A stretch of DNA of 63,919 nt, filler included. It is 7 parts of 7 records of this genome, joined end to end, with 100 filler letters (N's around TTAATTAATTAA, not from the genome) between each part and the next. Parts side by side here need not be neighbours in the genome. Positions count along the whole stretch, not along the records: positions 1 to 12,782 come from SRR31156797_6236; positions 12,883 to 26,254 come from SRR31156797_6255; 5 more parts are not named here. The stretch is one strand, 5' to 3'. Within the stretch, counting starts at the first letter, position 1; every line of letters begins with the position of its first letter. This document shows positions 9,165 to 18,992 of this stretch, piece after piece. Position numbers and translations under genes: made by a program. The notes beneath the pieces were generated by a model, which saw only the letters and a list, made by a program, of their open reading frames with translations, was not told the DNA's origin and did no database searches.

Positions 9165-9818
9165 TCATGATTCCAGGTACATCCCCCCTGTTTCGTCGAG
9201 CCACTTCGTTATTCTTGTGCAGGCTGCGTCGACATCATCGTCTGAAATGTCGACGACCAGTGTGGGCAGGATGGATGCTTCGACGCGGCGGATGAGTTCT
9301 TCCTGTTCCTTGACGAACCGGGTGAGGTCGTCGTACTGGGAAGGATTGCCCGAAACTTTCAGACGCTCTTTCTTTGCCTCTGCGAAGGATTCCGGGGTGC
9401 GGGTGCAGAAGATCAGGCGGAAACCGAGGGGGTTCATTCTTTCTTCGAGCCAGGAGAAGTCGTACTCACGGCCATATTCCTGGGACTGGAACATTGCGGT
9501 CGAAAGGTGAAACCGGTCGATGGTCCACGAGTAGTAACGATTGAGTTCGAAGAGCTTAACCCATGTGCGGTACGTCTCCATGGCCAGTTCTTCTTCCTCT
9601 TTTTCGAAGTTGATCAGGCCGCGTCCCCATGGGAAATTCGTGAAGGTGCACCATTCCCCGGAGATCAAGGGAGAGTGGTAGCGGTATTTTTTTGGTCCGA
9701 CGAAATCATCGTGCTCGTTCAGTGCGAATGCGATATCGGTTTTGTGCGTCAACCGGGTGCCTTCGAGAATAACCTTCGGACACATCTTCTTGAAATTACT
9801 CGTTGTGCTTTTGCTCAT
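9165..9818 (-). CDS. Nucleoside monophosphate/thymidylate kinase-like fold protein, function unknown
   Basis: VILEGTRLTHKT variant P-loop, IDRFHLS motif, LIFCTR...ERL lid. Confidence 0.55.
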   Translation of the reverse strand: MSKSTTSNFKKMCPKVILEGTRLTHKTDIAFALNEHDDFVGPKKYRYHSPLISGEWCTFTNFPWGRGLINFEKEEEELAMETYRTWVKLFELNRYYSWTIDRFHLSTAMFQSQEYGREYDFSWLEERMNPLGFRLIFCTRTPESFAEAKKERLKVSGNPSQYDDLTRFVKEQEELIRRVEASILPTLVVDISDDDVDAACTRITKWLDETGGMYLES

Positions 9819-9884
9819 TGGGTAGTCTTTCCTGCTTGATAGAAAAGGAATTCGTTTCCTGCGAGTGGGATACCAACGACGTCG

Positions 9885-11549
9885 TTACACGGGTATCCGG
9901 GTTGCGACGAGATGGCCCGCGGCTTTCTGCTGAATCAAGTGATAGGGTTGTCCACCCATGTGATTGTTCCCGTTTGCTCCCTTGTCCGGCGGGAAGTCGA
10001 GTCGGTAGTGAACTCCTCGTGATTCGTTTCGATGCCCGGCAGCGGATGCGATGAGACAACCGACGGTCAGCATGTTCTGGGTTTCCCACCCACTGACGTC
10101 GTCGAAGACTTTATCCATGACGAATCGTCCCCAGAATTCGATGATCTCGATGGTTTCGCGAAGAAAATCGCCTTTTCGTGCGATGCCTACGTTTCTCCAC
10201 ATGAGGCTTCGAAGGCTGTTGCGAATATCGCCGAGGTCCAGCTGCGTGTGAGCGGATTCCGGATTCTGGCTGTTGATTTTTTTCACCCCTGCGGGTTCGG
10301 GCATTTCCCGAAGCGACTGGCCTGCGACTCGCCCAGCGACGGCACCGAAGACCAGGGCTTCCAGCAGTGAATTACTGGCAAGTCTGTTGGCTCCGTGCAG
10401 TTTGCTGTTGGATGCTTCGCCACAGCAGAGCAGGCCATCGACATCCGTCCTGGCGTTTTCATCGACAGCGATGCCTCCGATCATGTAGTGAGCGGCTGGT
10501 CGGACCGGGATCAGGTCTTTGCCGACATCGATGCCGAACTCTTCGCAATGCTTCGTGATAGAGGGGAACCGTTTTGCAAATGCATCCCGACCGATGTGGC
10601 GGACATCGAGAAACGCGCTGGTGGCGCCGGTTTCCTTGAGCATTTTCTGGATCGACAGACTGACAATATCGCGCGGTGCCAGTTCGCCATCGGCATGATA
10701 GTTATACATGAAGCGGTGTTCGTTGCGATCAACCAGATGCGCTCCTTCACCGCGGACAGCTTCAGAAATCAGGGCACGGGACGCACCTGCGATATACAGG
10801 GTTGTGGGGTGGAACTGGATCATTTCCATGTCCCGCAGCGTAGCACCGGCACGCCAGGCGACCGCACACGCGTCCCCTGTTGCGATCGCGGGATTGCTCG
10901 TTTCGCGATAGATGCGTCCGCAGCCACCGGAGGCGAGGATTGTCTGCCCTGCCCAGATCAGCTGATGACCGTGTTTCGGATGGAACGTAACGGCTCCCAT
11001 GCACTTCCCATCGATGGTGATCAGGTCGATCAGGAAACAATGATCAAAGAGCCGGACGTTCGGGCATTCCTGCATTTTCGCCAGGAGTCCCCTGCTGATT
11101 TCTTTACCAGTCGCATCGCCAAACGAATGCAGAATGCGTCTGTGTCGGTGGCCGCCTTCCATCGTGAGATCGACGTCGGCGCCGGAGGAGTCAAACTGAA
11201 TTCCCCATTCACGCAGTTCACGAATGCGATCAGGTCCTTCGCGGACTGCCATTTCGACGATATTCGATTCGTTCAGCCCTGCCCCTACCCGAATCGTGTC
11301 CTGTGCATGAGATTCGTAGGAATCATCGGTCGCGACAGCTCCGGCGATGCCACCCTGGGCGTATGCGCTGATTGACTCAGCCGGCGAATCCTTGGTAATG
11401 ACGATGACGTCACCATGGTTTGACGCTTCGATCGCGGCTCTCGCTCCGGCAACACCACTTCCAACGATGAGGATGTCCGTCAGGATGTTTCCGGTTCGGG
11501 ACACATCAAAGTCGGTCAGGTACCGTCGGGATTCAAATGCCGTAGTCAT
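9885..11549 (-). CDS. nadB: L-aspartate oxidase
   Basis: IVGSGVAG, YAQGGIA, EGGH..RRILH, QFHPT, LISEAVRGEG, ELAPRD, AAHYMIGG, LHGANRLASNSLLEA, ESRGVHYR. Confidence 0.95.
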   Translation of the reverse strand: MTTAFESRRYLTDFDVSRTGNILTDILIVGSGVAGARAAIEASNHGDVIVITKDSPAESISAYAQGGIAGAVATDDSYESHAQDTIRVGAGLNESNIVEMAVREGPDRIRELREWGIQFDSSGADVDLTMEGGHRHRRILHSFGDATGKEISRGLLAKMQECPNVRLFDHCFLIDLITIDGKCMGAVTFHPKHGHQLIWAGQTILASGGCGRIYRETSNPAIATGDACAVAWRAGATLRDMEMIQFHPTTLYIAGASRALISEAVRGEGAHLVDRNEHRFMYNYHADGELAPRDIVSLSIQKMLKETGATSAFLDVRHIGRDAFAKRFPSITKHCEEFGIDVGKDLIPVRPAAHYMIGGIAVDENARTDVDGLLCCGEASNSKLHGANRLASNSLLEALVFGAVAGRVAGQSLREMPEPAGVKKINSQNPESAHTQLDLGDIRNSLRSLMWRNVGIARKGDFLRETIEIIEFWGRFVMDKVFDDVSGWETQNMLTVGCLIASAAGHRNESRGVHYRLDFPPDKGANGNNHMGGQPYHLIQQKAAGHLVATRIPV

Positions 11550-11725
11550 AACCGGGGAATCGTACACGGCTGGAGTGAGTGATACAAACGGTAAAAGGAC
11601 TCGAAACAGGGAATTCCAGGATGACGGATTCGGGGTTTGAGCAGAAGTCCAACAAGAGATTATCGGACTTGCTTTGGGCCATCTGCTATCTGAAGAGGAG
11701 CTCCTGAAATACCGATAACCGAAGT

Positions 11726-12782
11726 ATGGTACAATGTGTCCGACAGTGTGCAGGTCCGATAGCGATGCTGCTGATTGCCATGCTTTGCGCCTCCGGTGCA
11801 GAGGCACAATCAGTGGATGGCGGAGTTCAGTTTGACTCCACCCGTATCGTTCACGAGTTCACGTTCCATGAACCGGAGAACTATACCGATCTGCCGATGT
11901 ACTGGATTCCTTTTTCCACGACCCCTCGATACACCATTGGTCATTTTGATAAGAAAGTCGGCCATGAAGCGGCTCCCTCCTTTTACCTGGGCCTGAACGG
12001 CCAAGATGTGGGCTATCGTTATCTTGGGCCCCGCCGGAACACGCAGGTCCGTCCGGACAGTGATTATGAGATCACAGGGTGGATCAAACCGGATCGACTG
12101 AAGAATTCTCGTGCCGTCCTGTCTGCGTATTACCTGGATCGGGATGGCATTCCGATTCCGGGAACGCAGCAGTTCAGCAAGCTCGCAGGACCGGAAGCCG
12201 GTTCGGACTGGCAGGAGGTCCGGATTCATCTTCCCAGCGGGCCGCGTGACGCCCAGAGTATCGGGCTGATGGCGAGAGTCATGCAGCAGACTTCGTGGGA
12301 TCCGGATACACCACCTCATCGTCATATCGACCAGGTCAACGTTGAAGGGGGTGCATGGTTTGACGATATTGTTATCTATCGCCTTCCCCGTGCGAGTCTG
12401 ACCATCAAGAAACCCGGAGCCTTCTTTGAAAAACCGGACGACCCAGAAGTTTCCGTATTGGTGACAGACAGCGACACAAGTGGACTGAGCACAACGCTTA
12501 CGCTTACCGACGCGACCGGCACGGAGATCGATCACCGCTCTATCAAAGTGCAGATCGGGCAATTTGCAAAGCCTCACGTTGTTCGTTACGAAAACCTTTC
12601 ACCCGGGCGTTATACCACGACACTTACGATCAAAGGCGGAAAATACACGCTAGTCAAGCGGAAGCGATCCTTTGTCGTGTTGAGCCAGCCTGCGAGTACA
12701 CGGCTGATTTCTTATCCATCTTTCGGAATCGATCTCGATGGTCCCGGCAATACCCAGGACCAGGTAGCACTGCTGAAGGGGC
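11726..12782 (+). CDS. Secreted protein with a CBM-like beta-sandwich domain (3'-truncated)
   Basis: Signal peptide; YEITGWIK...WQEVRI...AWFDDI galactose-binding-like pattern; ORF runs into the spacer. Confidence 0.55.
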
Positions 12783-12882
12783 NNNNNNNNNNNNNNNNNN
12801 NNNNNNNNNNNNNNNNNNNNNNNNNNTTAATTAATTAANNNNNNNNNNNNNNNNNNNNNNNNNNNNNNNNNNNNNNNNNNNN
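12783..12882. other. Artificial contig spacer (N44-TTAATTAATTAA-N44)
   Basis: Linker with stops in all six frames; sharp GC-to-AT shift across it. Confidence 0.97.
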
Positions 12883-13202
12883 TTTTGAGGTAATTGGAAT
12901 TGTTTATAGCGAATAATAAACCTTAAGATAAATTTATCACATTTGGAATGAAATGTCAAGATGATTTTTAATAAAAAGAAACTTTATAAATTTATATTTA
13001 ATATAAAAAGTATAGTGTGAACTTTAGAACAAAGTTGGGATAACTAAAATAAGTGTTGGTATAATATACAAATGCAAGTTTATTTAAGAAGACTTTAGTA
13101 AAAATTATATTTTATTGATACTCATACTTTATAAAATAAAAAAATATGCCGATGTTAAATGTAAAAGAGAATTAATAAAAATATAATGGGGGAGCGGTAT
13201 TG

Positions 13203-13514
13203 ATGAAAAATAAAAAAATGTGTATTCTATTAATTATCTCTATGTTTGTAATAATCCTGTCGGGATGTACGAATTCTCAAGCATATGGAGGAGCAGATAC
13301 TTATGCACCAAGTGCATTTGAATCAACAGTTGCGGATGCTGGTGCATCAACAGGAGGTGCTCCTGGTGTATTGACAGTTGCATGGAATGTTGTAAAATGG
13401 CCGGTTCAATTTTTATTTGGAATTCCCAAAGCAACATTAAATGCTTTTGATAGTATGTTTAGCTCCGCTGACGCAGCAGGAGTAGGTCAGGTACAAGTAA
13501 CAGAAGGGTATTAA
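13203..13514 (+). CDS. Small lipoprotein of unknown function
   Basis: SD GGGGGAG; basic N-terminus, hydrophobic stretch, lipobox LSGC. Confidence 0.75.
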   Translation: MKNKKMCILLIISMFVIILSGCTNSQAYGGADTYAPSAFESTVADAGASTGGAPGVLTVAWNVVKWPVQFLFGIPKATLNAFDSMFSSADAAGVGQVQVTEGY

Positions 13515-13658
13515 GTAAAGAAGTTAACAAAGTTAAGTTAGATAAATAAATGTTAAATATAGAAGCAATATGAAGAGGAGAGTTTTATCCGAATATTCAT
13601 TTGCTTCTTTTGTTTTTTTGAGGTAATATATAATGGGATTATATTTCAGACAGGCTAG

Positions 13659-15656
13659 GTGATCATAATGACTAAAAGCAGAAGAATACAGATTTTGTTT
13701 TTATTTTTAATAATGTTTTGTATTTCATTTGCAGAATTTGAAAAGAAAATTTTAGTTCTTCATTCATATCATAAAGGTTTTTTATGGACTGATAATATGA
13801 CTGAAGGAATCGATAGTGTTTTTGATAATAGATCAAAATATGAGCTTCATCATGAGTATTTAGATTATAAAAGACATAATGATGAAGAGTATATTAAAAA
13901 ATTAACGGAGATTTATAAAGAAAAGAAACGAGATATTAATTTTGACGGAATAATTACTACAGATAATTTTGCTCTGGATTTTGCTCTGGAATATAGAGAC
14001 GAACTATTTAAAGATGTTCCGATAGTATTTTGCGGGATAAATGATTATACTCCTTCACTAATTGATGGACACAAAGATATTACAGGAGTAGTGGAAAAAC
14101 CTGATCATCGGGGAACTCTTGATTTAATGCTTTCATTACATCCAAAAACAGAAAATATAATAATCCTAACTGATAAAACTCCAACAGGTCAAAAAATTAA
14201 AGCTGAAATATTAGCAATTCTTCCAGAGTATTTTGGTAGAGTTAAATTGGAAATTCACGAGGATTTTTATCTTGAAGAGATATTTCAAACTTTAAATCAA
14301 TTGCCAAAAAGAAGTTTAGTTTACATGGTTGTAATAAATAGAACAATTGATAGGAGTTTTGTATCATACGAAAGTGTTACAGAGCTAGTAAAAAATTCAA
14401 AGGTTCCGTTTTATGCTTCGTGGGAGATATATCTTGATAGAGGAATAGTTGGAGGAAAGATATTAAGAGGTTTCTCTCAGGGGGAACGTGCAGGAAACTT
14501 AATGTTGAAAATACTATCTGGAACTCCGCCAGCTAAACTTGCTGTTGAAGAGGAAGCTTCAGGAGATTATATCTTTGATTCCGAAGAATTAAAAAGATTT
14601 CAAATATCTCTTAGTAAATTACCGGTTAATAGTAAAATTATTAATTCTACGGATGGTATTTTTAAACAAAATATGAAATTAATGGTTTTAGCTCTCCTTG
14701 GAGTCTCATTAATTATACTCGTGATATTATTAAAAATATTCTATAGCAAAAAAGAAGAAAAAAGAATAAACATAAAAAATGCTGAACTTGAAGAGAAAGT
14801 AAAACATAGAACGAATCAGCTGGAGATAGCTAATACTGAGCTGAAAAAACAACAAGAGAAAAGAATAAAAAAAGCATATAAAGATGGATATATAAAAATT
14901 AAAATAGAGCTTTTAAAAGATATAATGGATATTATAACTCCACTGGAAAAGGTTTTAAATGAAGAGATTGATTATAAAAGATTAGATAAAAAAAGAGAGA
15001 TAGATTTTTTTGAAAAGAAAATTTTATTGAAACTTCAAAATACGGATTTATTAGAAGAACTTAATAAAGATCTTAAACAGATTCCTGATATTATTGAAAA
15101 TATTAAGCATCAAAAAGTGGAAGAGTTAAAAAGACTTAAATTTTGTGAAAAAGAAATTTCCCATCTTAAAGAGATTGTGAGAATGGGAGAGGATGCCTCA
15201 GGAACAATGAATAGTGAAAGTTTTTTAGATATTAACAAAATCCTAATTGAAATTGTAAATGATTATCTTGATAGAAGAGAGATGAAGATAGAAACATATT
15301 TGCAGCCAATAGAAAAATTATTAATAGAAAAATCTCAACTAGAAAAAATATTTTCAGATTTGATTAGAAATCAATACGAAGCTATATTATTATCAAATTT
15401 CGATGAAAAAACTTTATATGTTGAATCATATAATGAAACAAATTATGCTAAAATATTAATATACTCTAAACAAACTCTTTATAGTGAAGAGTTTATTGAA
15501 AATATCTTTAATCTATCATATATTACAAATGAGAAAAATAGAAAATATTTCGAATTATATGGGTGTTTTCAAATGATTAAAAAATACGGAGGTAAATTTG
15601 AAGTACAACACAATGAGGAATTAGGGGATATGTTTATACTATATTTACCGAAATAG
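13659..15656 (+). CDS. Degenerate sensor histidine kinase (ABC substrate-binding-like sensor, TM, DHp/HATPase remnants)
   Basis: LVLHSYHKG..WT, PIVFCGIN, GIVGG sensor motifs; H-box His absent, G1 and G2 boxes lost. Confidence 0.75.
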   Translation: MIIMTKSRRIQILFLFLIMFCISFAEFEKKILVLHSYHKGFLWTDNMTEGIDSVFDNRSKYELHHEYLDYKRHNDEEYIKKLTEIYKEKKRDINFDGIITTDNFALDFALEYRDELFKDVPIVFCGINDYTPSLIDGHKDITGVVEKPDHRGTLDLMLSLHPKTENIIILTDKTPTGQKIKAEILAILPEYFGRVKLEIHEDFYLEEIFQTLNQLPKRSLVYMVVINRTIDRSFVSYESVTELVKNSKVPFYASWEIYLDRGIVGGKILRGFSQGERAGNLMLKILSGTPPAKLAVEEEASGDYIFDSEELKRFQISLSKLPVNSKIINSTDGIFKQNMKLMVLALLGVSLIILVILLKIFYSKKEEKRINIKNAELEEKVKHRTNQLEIANTELKKQQEKRIKKAYKDGYIKIKIELLKDIMDIITPLEKVLNEEIDYKRLDKKREIDFFEKKILLKLQNTDLLEELNKDLKQIPDIIENIKHQKVEELKRLKFCEKEISHLKEIVRMGEDASGTMNSESFLDINKILIEIVNDYLDRREMKIETYLQPIEKLLIEKSQLEKIFSDLIRNQYEAILLSNFDEKTLYVESYNETNYAKILIYSKQTLYSEEFIENIFNLSYITNEKNRKYFELYGCFQMIKKYGGKFEVQHNEELGDMFILYLPK

Positions 15657-15704
15657 TGATTCAAATTTATCTGGCGAAGTTTTACATTAATTAAGGTGGT
15701 TTTT

Positions 15705-17696
15705 ATGAAATTTAAAATCAAAATTAATATATTAATTTTTCTTTTACTTTTATGTGCTGTTAGTTTTGCTAATGATAACAAAAAAATATTAGTAATGCAC
15801 TCATATCATAAAGGTTTCTACTGGACTGATTCAATTACAAATGGAATTGATAGTGTTTTTGGTGGAAAAAAAGATGTAGATATTTATTTCGAATACCTGG
15901 ATCTTAAAAGAAATACAAATAAGAGTTACATAGACAGGTTATCTGAATTTTATAATTTGAAATATAAAGATATAAAATTTGATGGAATTATTATTTCTGA
16001 TAACTTGGCACTTAATTTTATTGTTAAAAATAGAAAAAAATTATTTAATAATATTCCAATAGTATTTTGCGGAATTAATAATTTTGAAGAAAAGTTATTA
16101 CATGGTGAAAAAAAGATAACCGGTATAGTTGAACGCGCTGATTACCGGGGAACTCTTGATTTAATGATTAAACTTCATCCTGATGCAGAGGAAGTGCTTG
16201 TAGTAACTGATACTACTTTTACTGGTAATGAAATTAAAAAAGAGATAAATAGGATTATACCGGAATATAAAGCAAGATTTGATTTTGAGATAATGGATAA
16301 TTATACAATTTTAGAACTAGAGGAAAAACTAACGTCACTTCCTGAAAAAACGCTTGTTTTTGCACTAGTAATGAATAAATCTAGAGATGGTAACTTTATT
16401 TCATATGAAAGAGGCGCAGAGCTACTGGCAAAATCAGAAATGCCTGTTTATTTGGGTTGGGAATTCTATTTTGGTAAAGGAGCTGTCGGTGGAAAAATAA
16501 CAAGTGGTTTTCTACAAGGACAAATAGCTTCGCAGATGCTTTCTGAAATTTTCAATGGGGCAGATCCATATACGATGGGAATAAAAACTCAATTTACGTC
16601 TGAGTATAAACTTGATTATAATGCTCTTAAAAAATTTGAGATTGAAAAATCAGTATTACCTGAACAAGTTATTATAGCTAATAAACCTAGAAGTTTTTTG
16701 GAAAAAAACATTGAAAATTTTGTCCTTGGTTCATTTGCAGTATTATTTTTGATTTTTATCTTAATTTTTAAATTAAGATTTAATATGAAAAAAAAGAATG
16801 AAAAAGTAGAACATAGTATTAAACTTGAGAGAAAAATAGCTCAAAGAACAATTGAGCTGGAGGAAGTTAATAAAAAAATTATGGAGCAACAAAGTAAATT
16901 AGTAAAACAGGCATATAACGAAGGTTTTAGCAGAGTAAAATCAGGAATAATTCATAATATAGGAAATGTCGTTAATCCTTTACATATAGCAATGCAGGAA
17001 GAGATTAATTATAGAGAGATTGATAAAGAGCATGAAATTAGATTCTTTGAAGAAGTTCTATATGCTGAATTAATAAAGACTCAAATATCAACAGAGAAAA
17101 AAGAAAAAATTATAAAAGTATTACCTGAAATACTAAAAGCGATGAAAGATAAAAAAAATGCTGAGTTTAACAGATTAAAATATTGTCAAAAAGAGATTGA
17201 ACATCTCAAGAGTATTATAAGACTTCAAAAGAACTATTTAGGTACTTTGGGAACAGAGAGTTACTTTGCTGTGAATGAGTTACTAAAAGAGGTAATCGAC
17301 AAAAGAGACTTTGATTATAAACTTAATTTGGAATTAGAGCTTCATTCGGTTGAAAAAGTATTGTGTGACAGAGTACAGATAATACAGGTATTTGATAATA
17401 TAATTAAGAATCAAGCTGATGATCTTCTTTCGTCAGAAAAAGTATATAAATTGCTTAGAATAACAACTGAAGAGAATGAGAAAAATGTAATAGTTAAATT
17501 TAAGGATAATGGAGAAGCTTATCCGGAGAGTTTTGTAAGAAATATATTTGATTTATCTTTTATAACCAAAGAAAAAAATAGGAAAAATTTTGAACTATAT
17601 GGATGTTATCAAATAATTAAGAAATATGGTGGAAATATAACACTTGAGTCAGATCCGAGAAATGGAAATATATTTACAATCTTTATACCAAAATAA
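15705..17696 (+). CDS. Sensor histidine kinase paralog (ABC substrate-binding-like sensor) with a degenerate G2 box
   Basis: Same sensor motifs; IIHNIGN H-box, NIIKN, KDNG, IFDLSFITK; G2 replaced by KNFEL. Confidence 0.8.
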   Translation: MKFKIKINILIFLLLLCAVSFANDNKKILVMHSYHKGFYWTDSITNGIDSVFGGKKDVDIYFEYLDLKRNTNKSYIDRLSEFYNLKYKDIKFDGIIISDNLALNFIVKNRKKLFNNIPIVFCGINNFEEKLLHGEKKITGIVERADYRGTLDLMIKLHPDAEEVLVVTDTTFTGNEIKKEINRIIPEYKARFDFEIMDNYTILELEEKLTSLPEKTLVFALVMNKSRDGNFISYERGAELLAKSEMPVYLGWEFYFGKGAVGGKITSGFLQGQIASQMLSEIFNGADPYTMGIKTQFTSEYKLDYNALKKFEIEKSVLPEQVIIANKPRSFLEKNIENFVLGSFAVLFLIFILIFKLRFNMKKKNEKVEHSIKLERKIAQRTIELEEVNKKIMEQQSKLVKQAYNEGFSRVKSGIIHNIGNVVNPLHIAMQEEINYREIDKEHEIRFFEEVLYAELIKTQISTEKKEKIIKVLPEILKAMKDKKNAEFNRLKYCQKEIEHLKSIIRLQKNYLGTLGTESYFAVNELLKEVIDKRDFDYKLNLELELHSVEKVLCDRVQIIQVFDNIIKNQADDLLSSEKVYKLLRITTEENEKNVIVKFKDNGEAYPESFVRNIFDLSFITKEKNRKNFELYGCYQIIKKYGGNITLESDPRNGNIFTIFIPK

Positions 17697-17745
17697 AAAT
17701 ATAGCCAGAACTTAGTTAAACTAGGTTCTGGCTATATTTTTATTT
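17696..17745 (+). terminator. Intrinsic terminator
   Basis: AAAATATAGCCAGAAC(T)TAG...CTAGGTTCTGGCTATATTTT inverted repeat plus T-run. Confidence 0.85.
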
Positions 17746-18056
17746 TTTGCATAAAATTTTAATTAGTGAAAAATCTACATCTAATATTTAGCTGAAAATT
17801 TCTTTTATATGTGTAATATTTTTTAAACACAGTTTGTTTTGTCAGCTTGATACTATTAAAACTAAAAAAAGAATAGTTTGTCATATACAAAAGATCGATT
17901 ATAAAATAATAAAATATCAAAACCACAAATGATTTTTCACATTAACTTCACAATTACTTAGTAAAATATATTCAAGTTTCTAAAGAAAACATTTTCGTAA
18001 AATTGAATTATTCAACTAAATAATGAAATTTATTTGAATCGAGGAGGCTAAAGTTG

Positions 18057-18737
18057 ATGGAGAGTGTTTATAGTAATGAAATAAAAGAGCTGATTGTATT
18101 TGAAGATAAGAAAATAAAGATAGAAATTATTAGGCAAAATAAAGAGAAAAACCTTTTGTGTATAAAGAATTTAGAACCATGAATAATGGATGAATTTGAG
18201 TTAAACCAGGAAATTCAAATTAGAATGCATAAAGAGGGGAATATATATTACTTTAATACATCTATAGTAAAATATGACTTAGGATTAAAAGAAATTTGTA
18301 TAAGAAAACCAGAGCAAATAAAAATTAATCATTCAAGAAAAAATAAAAGATATAAATTTGAAAATAAAATAAAAATAGCTGGTTCAAATAACTTTCATTT
18401 TGGAGAAAGTTTTGATATTAGTAGAAGTGGAATGGGCTTTTATAGTTCAAAATTTTTTTATACAGGAGATATTTTATTTGTTTCATTTTTCGATCTAACT
18501 GAAGGAAAAAAATATGAATTAGAAGTAGTTGTGAAAAACCTATATGTTGCAAATGAAGAGCTTATAAGATATGGAGTGGAATTTGCAGATTGGGTTAATG
18601 ATGAACTGGATGACTTAATAATCTCTTTGGAAAAAAGAGAAAAAATCAGGAGCAAAAAAAATGAAAAAATTGAAAGGAAAGAGGAAAAAAGTCTAAAAAA
18701 AGGACTGTTAAGGAAATTATTTTTTAAAAGAGTTTAA
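18057..18737 (+). pseudogene. PilZ-domain (YcgR-like) c-di-GMP receptor interrupted by an in-frame TGA at 18180-18182 (pseudogene, recoding or sequencing error)
   Basis: SD GAGGAGG at 18041, ATG 18057, 41 sense codons, TGA, then the same frame continues into ORF 18186-18737 with RKNKR (RxxxR) and DISRSG (DxSxxG). Confidence 0.65.
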
Positions 18738-18770
18738 AAGAGTTTAAAAGAATAATAGAACTAAAATACT

Positions 18771-18814
18771 AAAAAGTTGTTTAATCCTTAAAATTGGATT
18801 GAACAACTTTTTTT
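18771..18814 (+). terminator. Intrinsic terminator
   Basis: AAAAAGTTGTTTAATCC-ttaaaatt-GGATTGAACAACTTTTT plus T-run. Confidence 0.8.
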
Positions 18815-18992
18815 TAAGATTTTTATTTATATTAAAGTGAATTTACAGTATTTATTATTAAAAAATATTTAAAAAAATTAATTTTTTTATAAAAAATATG
18901 ATTCTTATAGAAGGAGTAACGTATAATTTTAACGTAAAGTATAAATAGAGGGAAAAAGTTTGCATATTACAAAAATAAAAGAGGTGGGTATA

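Noticed and set aside
11550-11807. Apparent 86-aa N-terminal extension of NadB in the ORF track
   Set aside because: It overlaps the divergent gene start and looks non-coding; MTTAFES at 11549 is the plausible start.
379-12577. Many long overlapping or antisense ORFs in the GC-rich segment (e.g. 3954-4961 +, 10395-11375 +, 11810-12577 -), and similar ones in segments 4 and 7
   Set aside because: They are shadows of well-supported genes on the other strand or frame and carry no motifs; long stop-free frames are expected at high GC.
12827-12838. TTAATTAATTAA palindrome repeated six times
   Set aside because: Artificial all-frame-stop linker inside N runs, not biological.
18721-18751. Three tandem 10-nt units (AGTTTAAAAG) across the PilZ stop codon
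   Set aside because: Short low-complexity slippage repeat with no spacers; not CRISPR.
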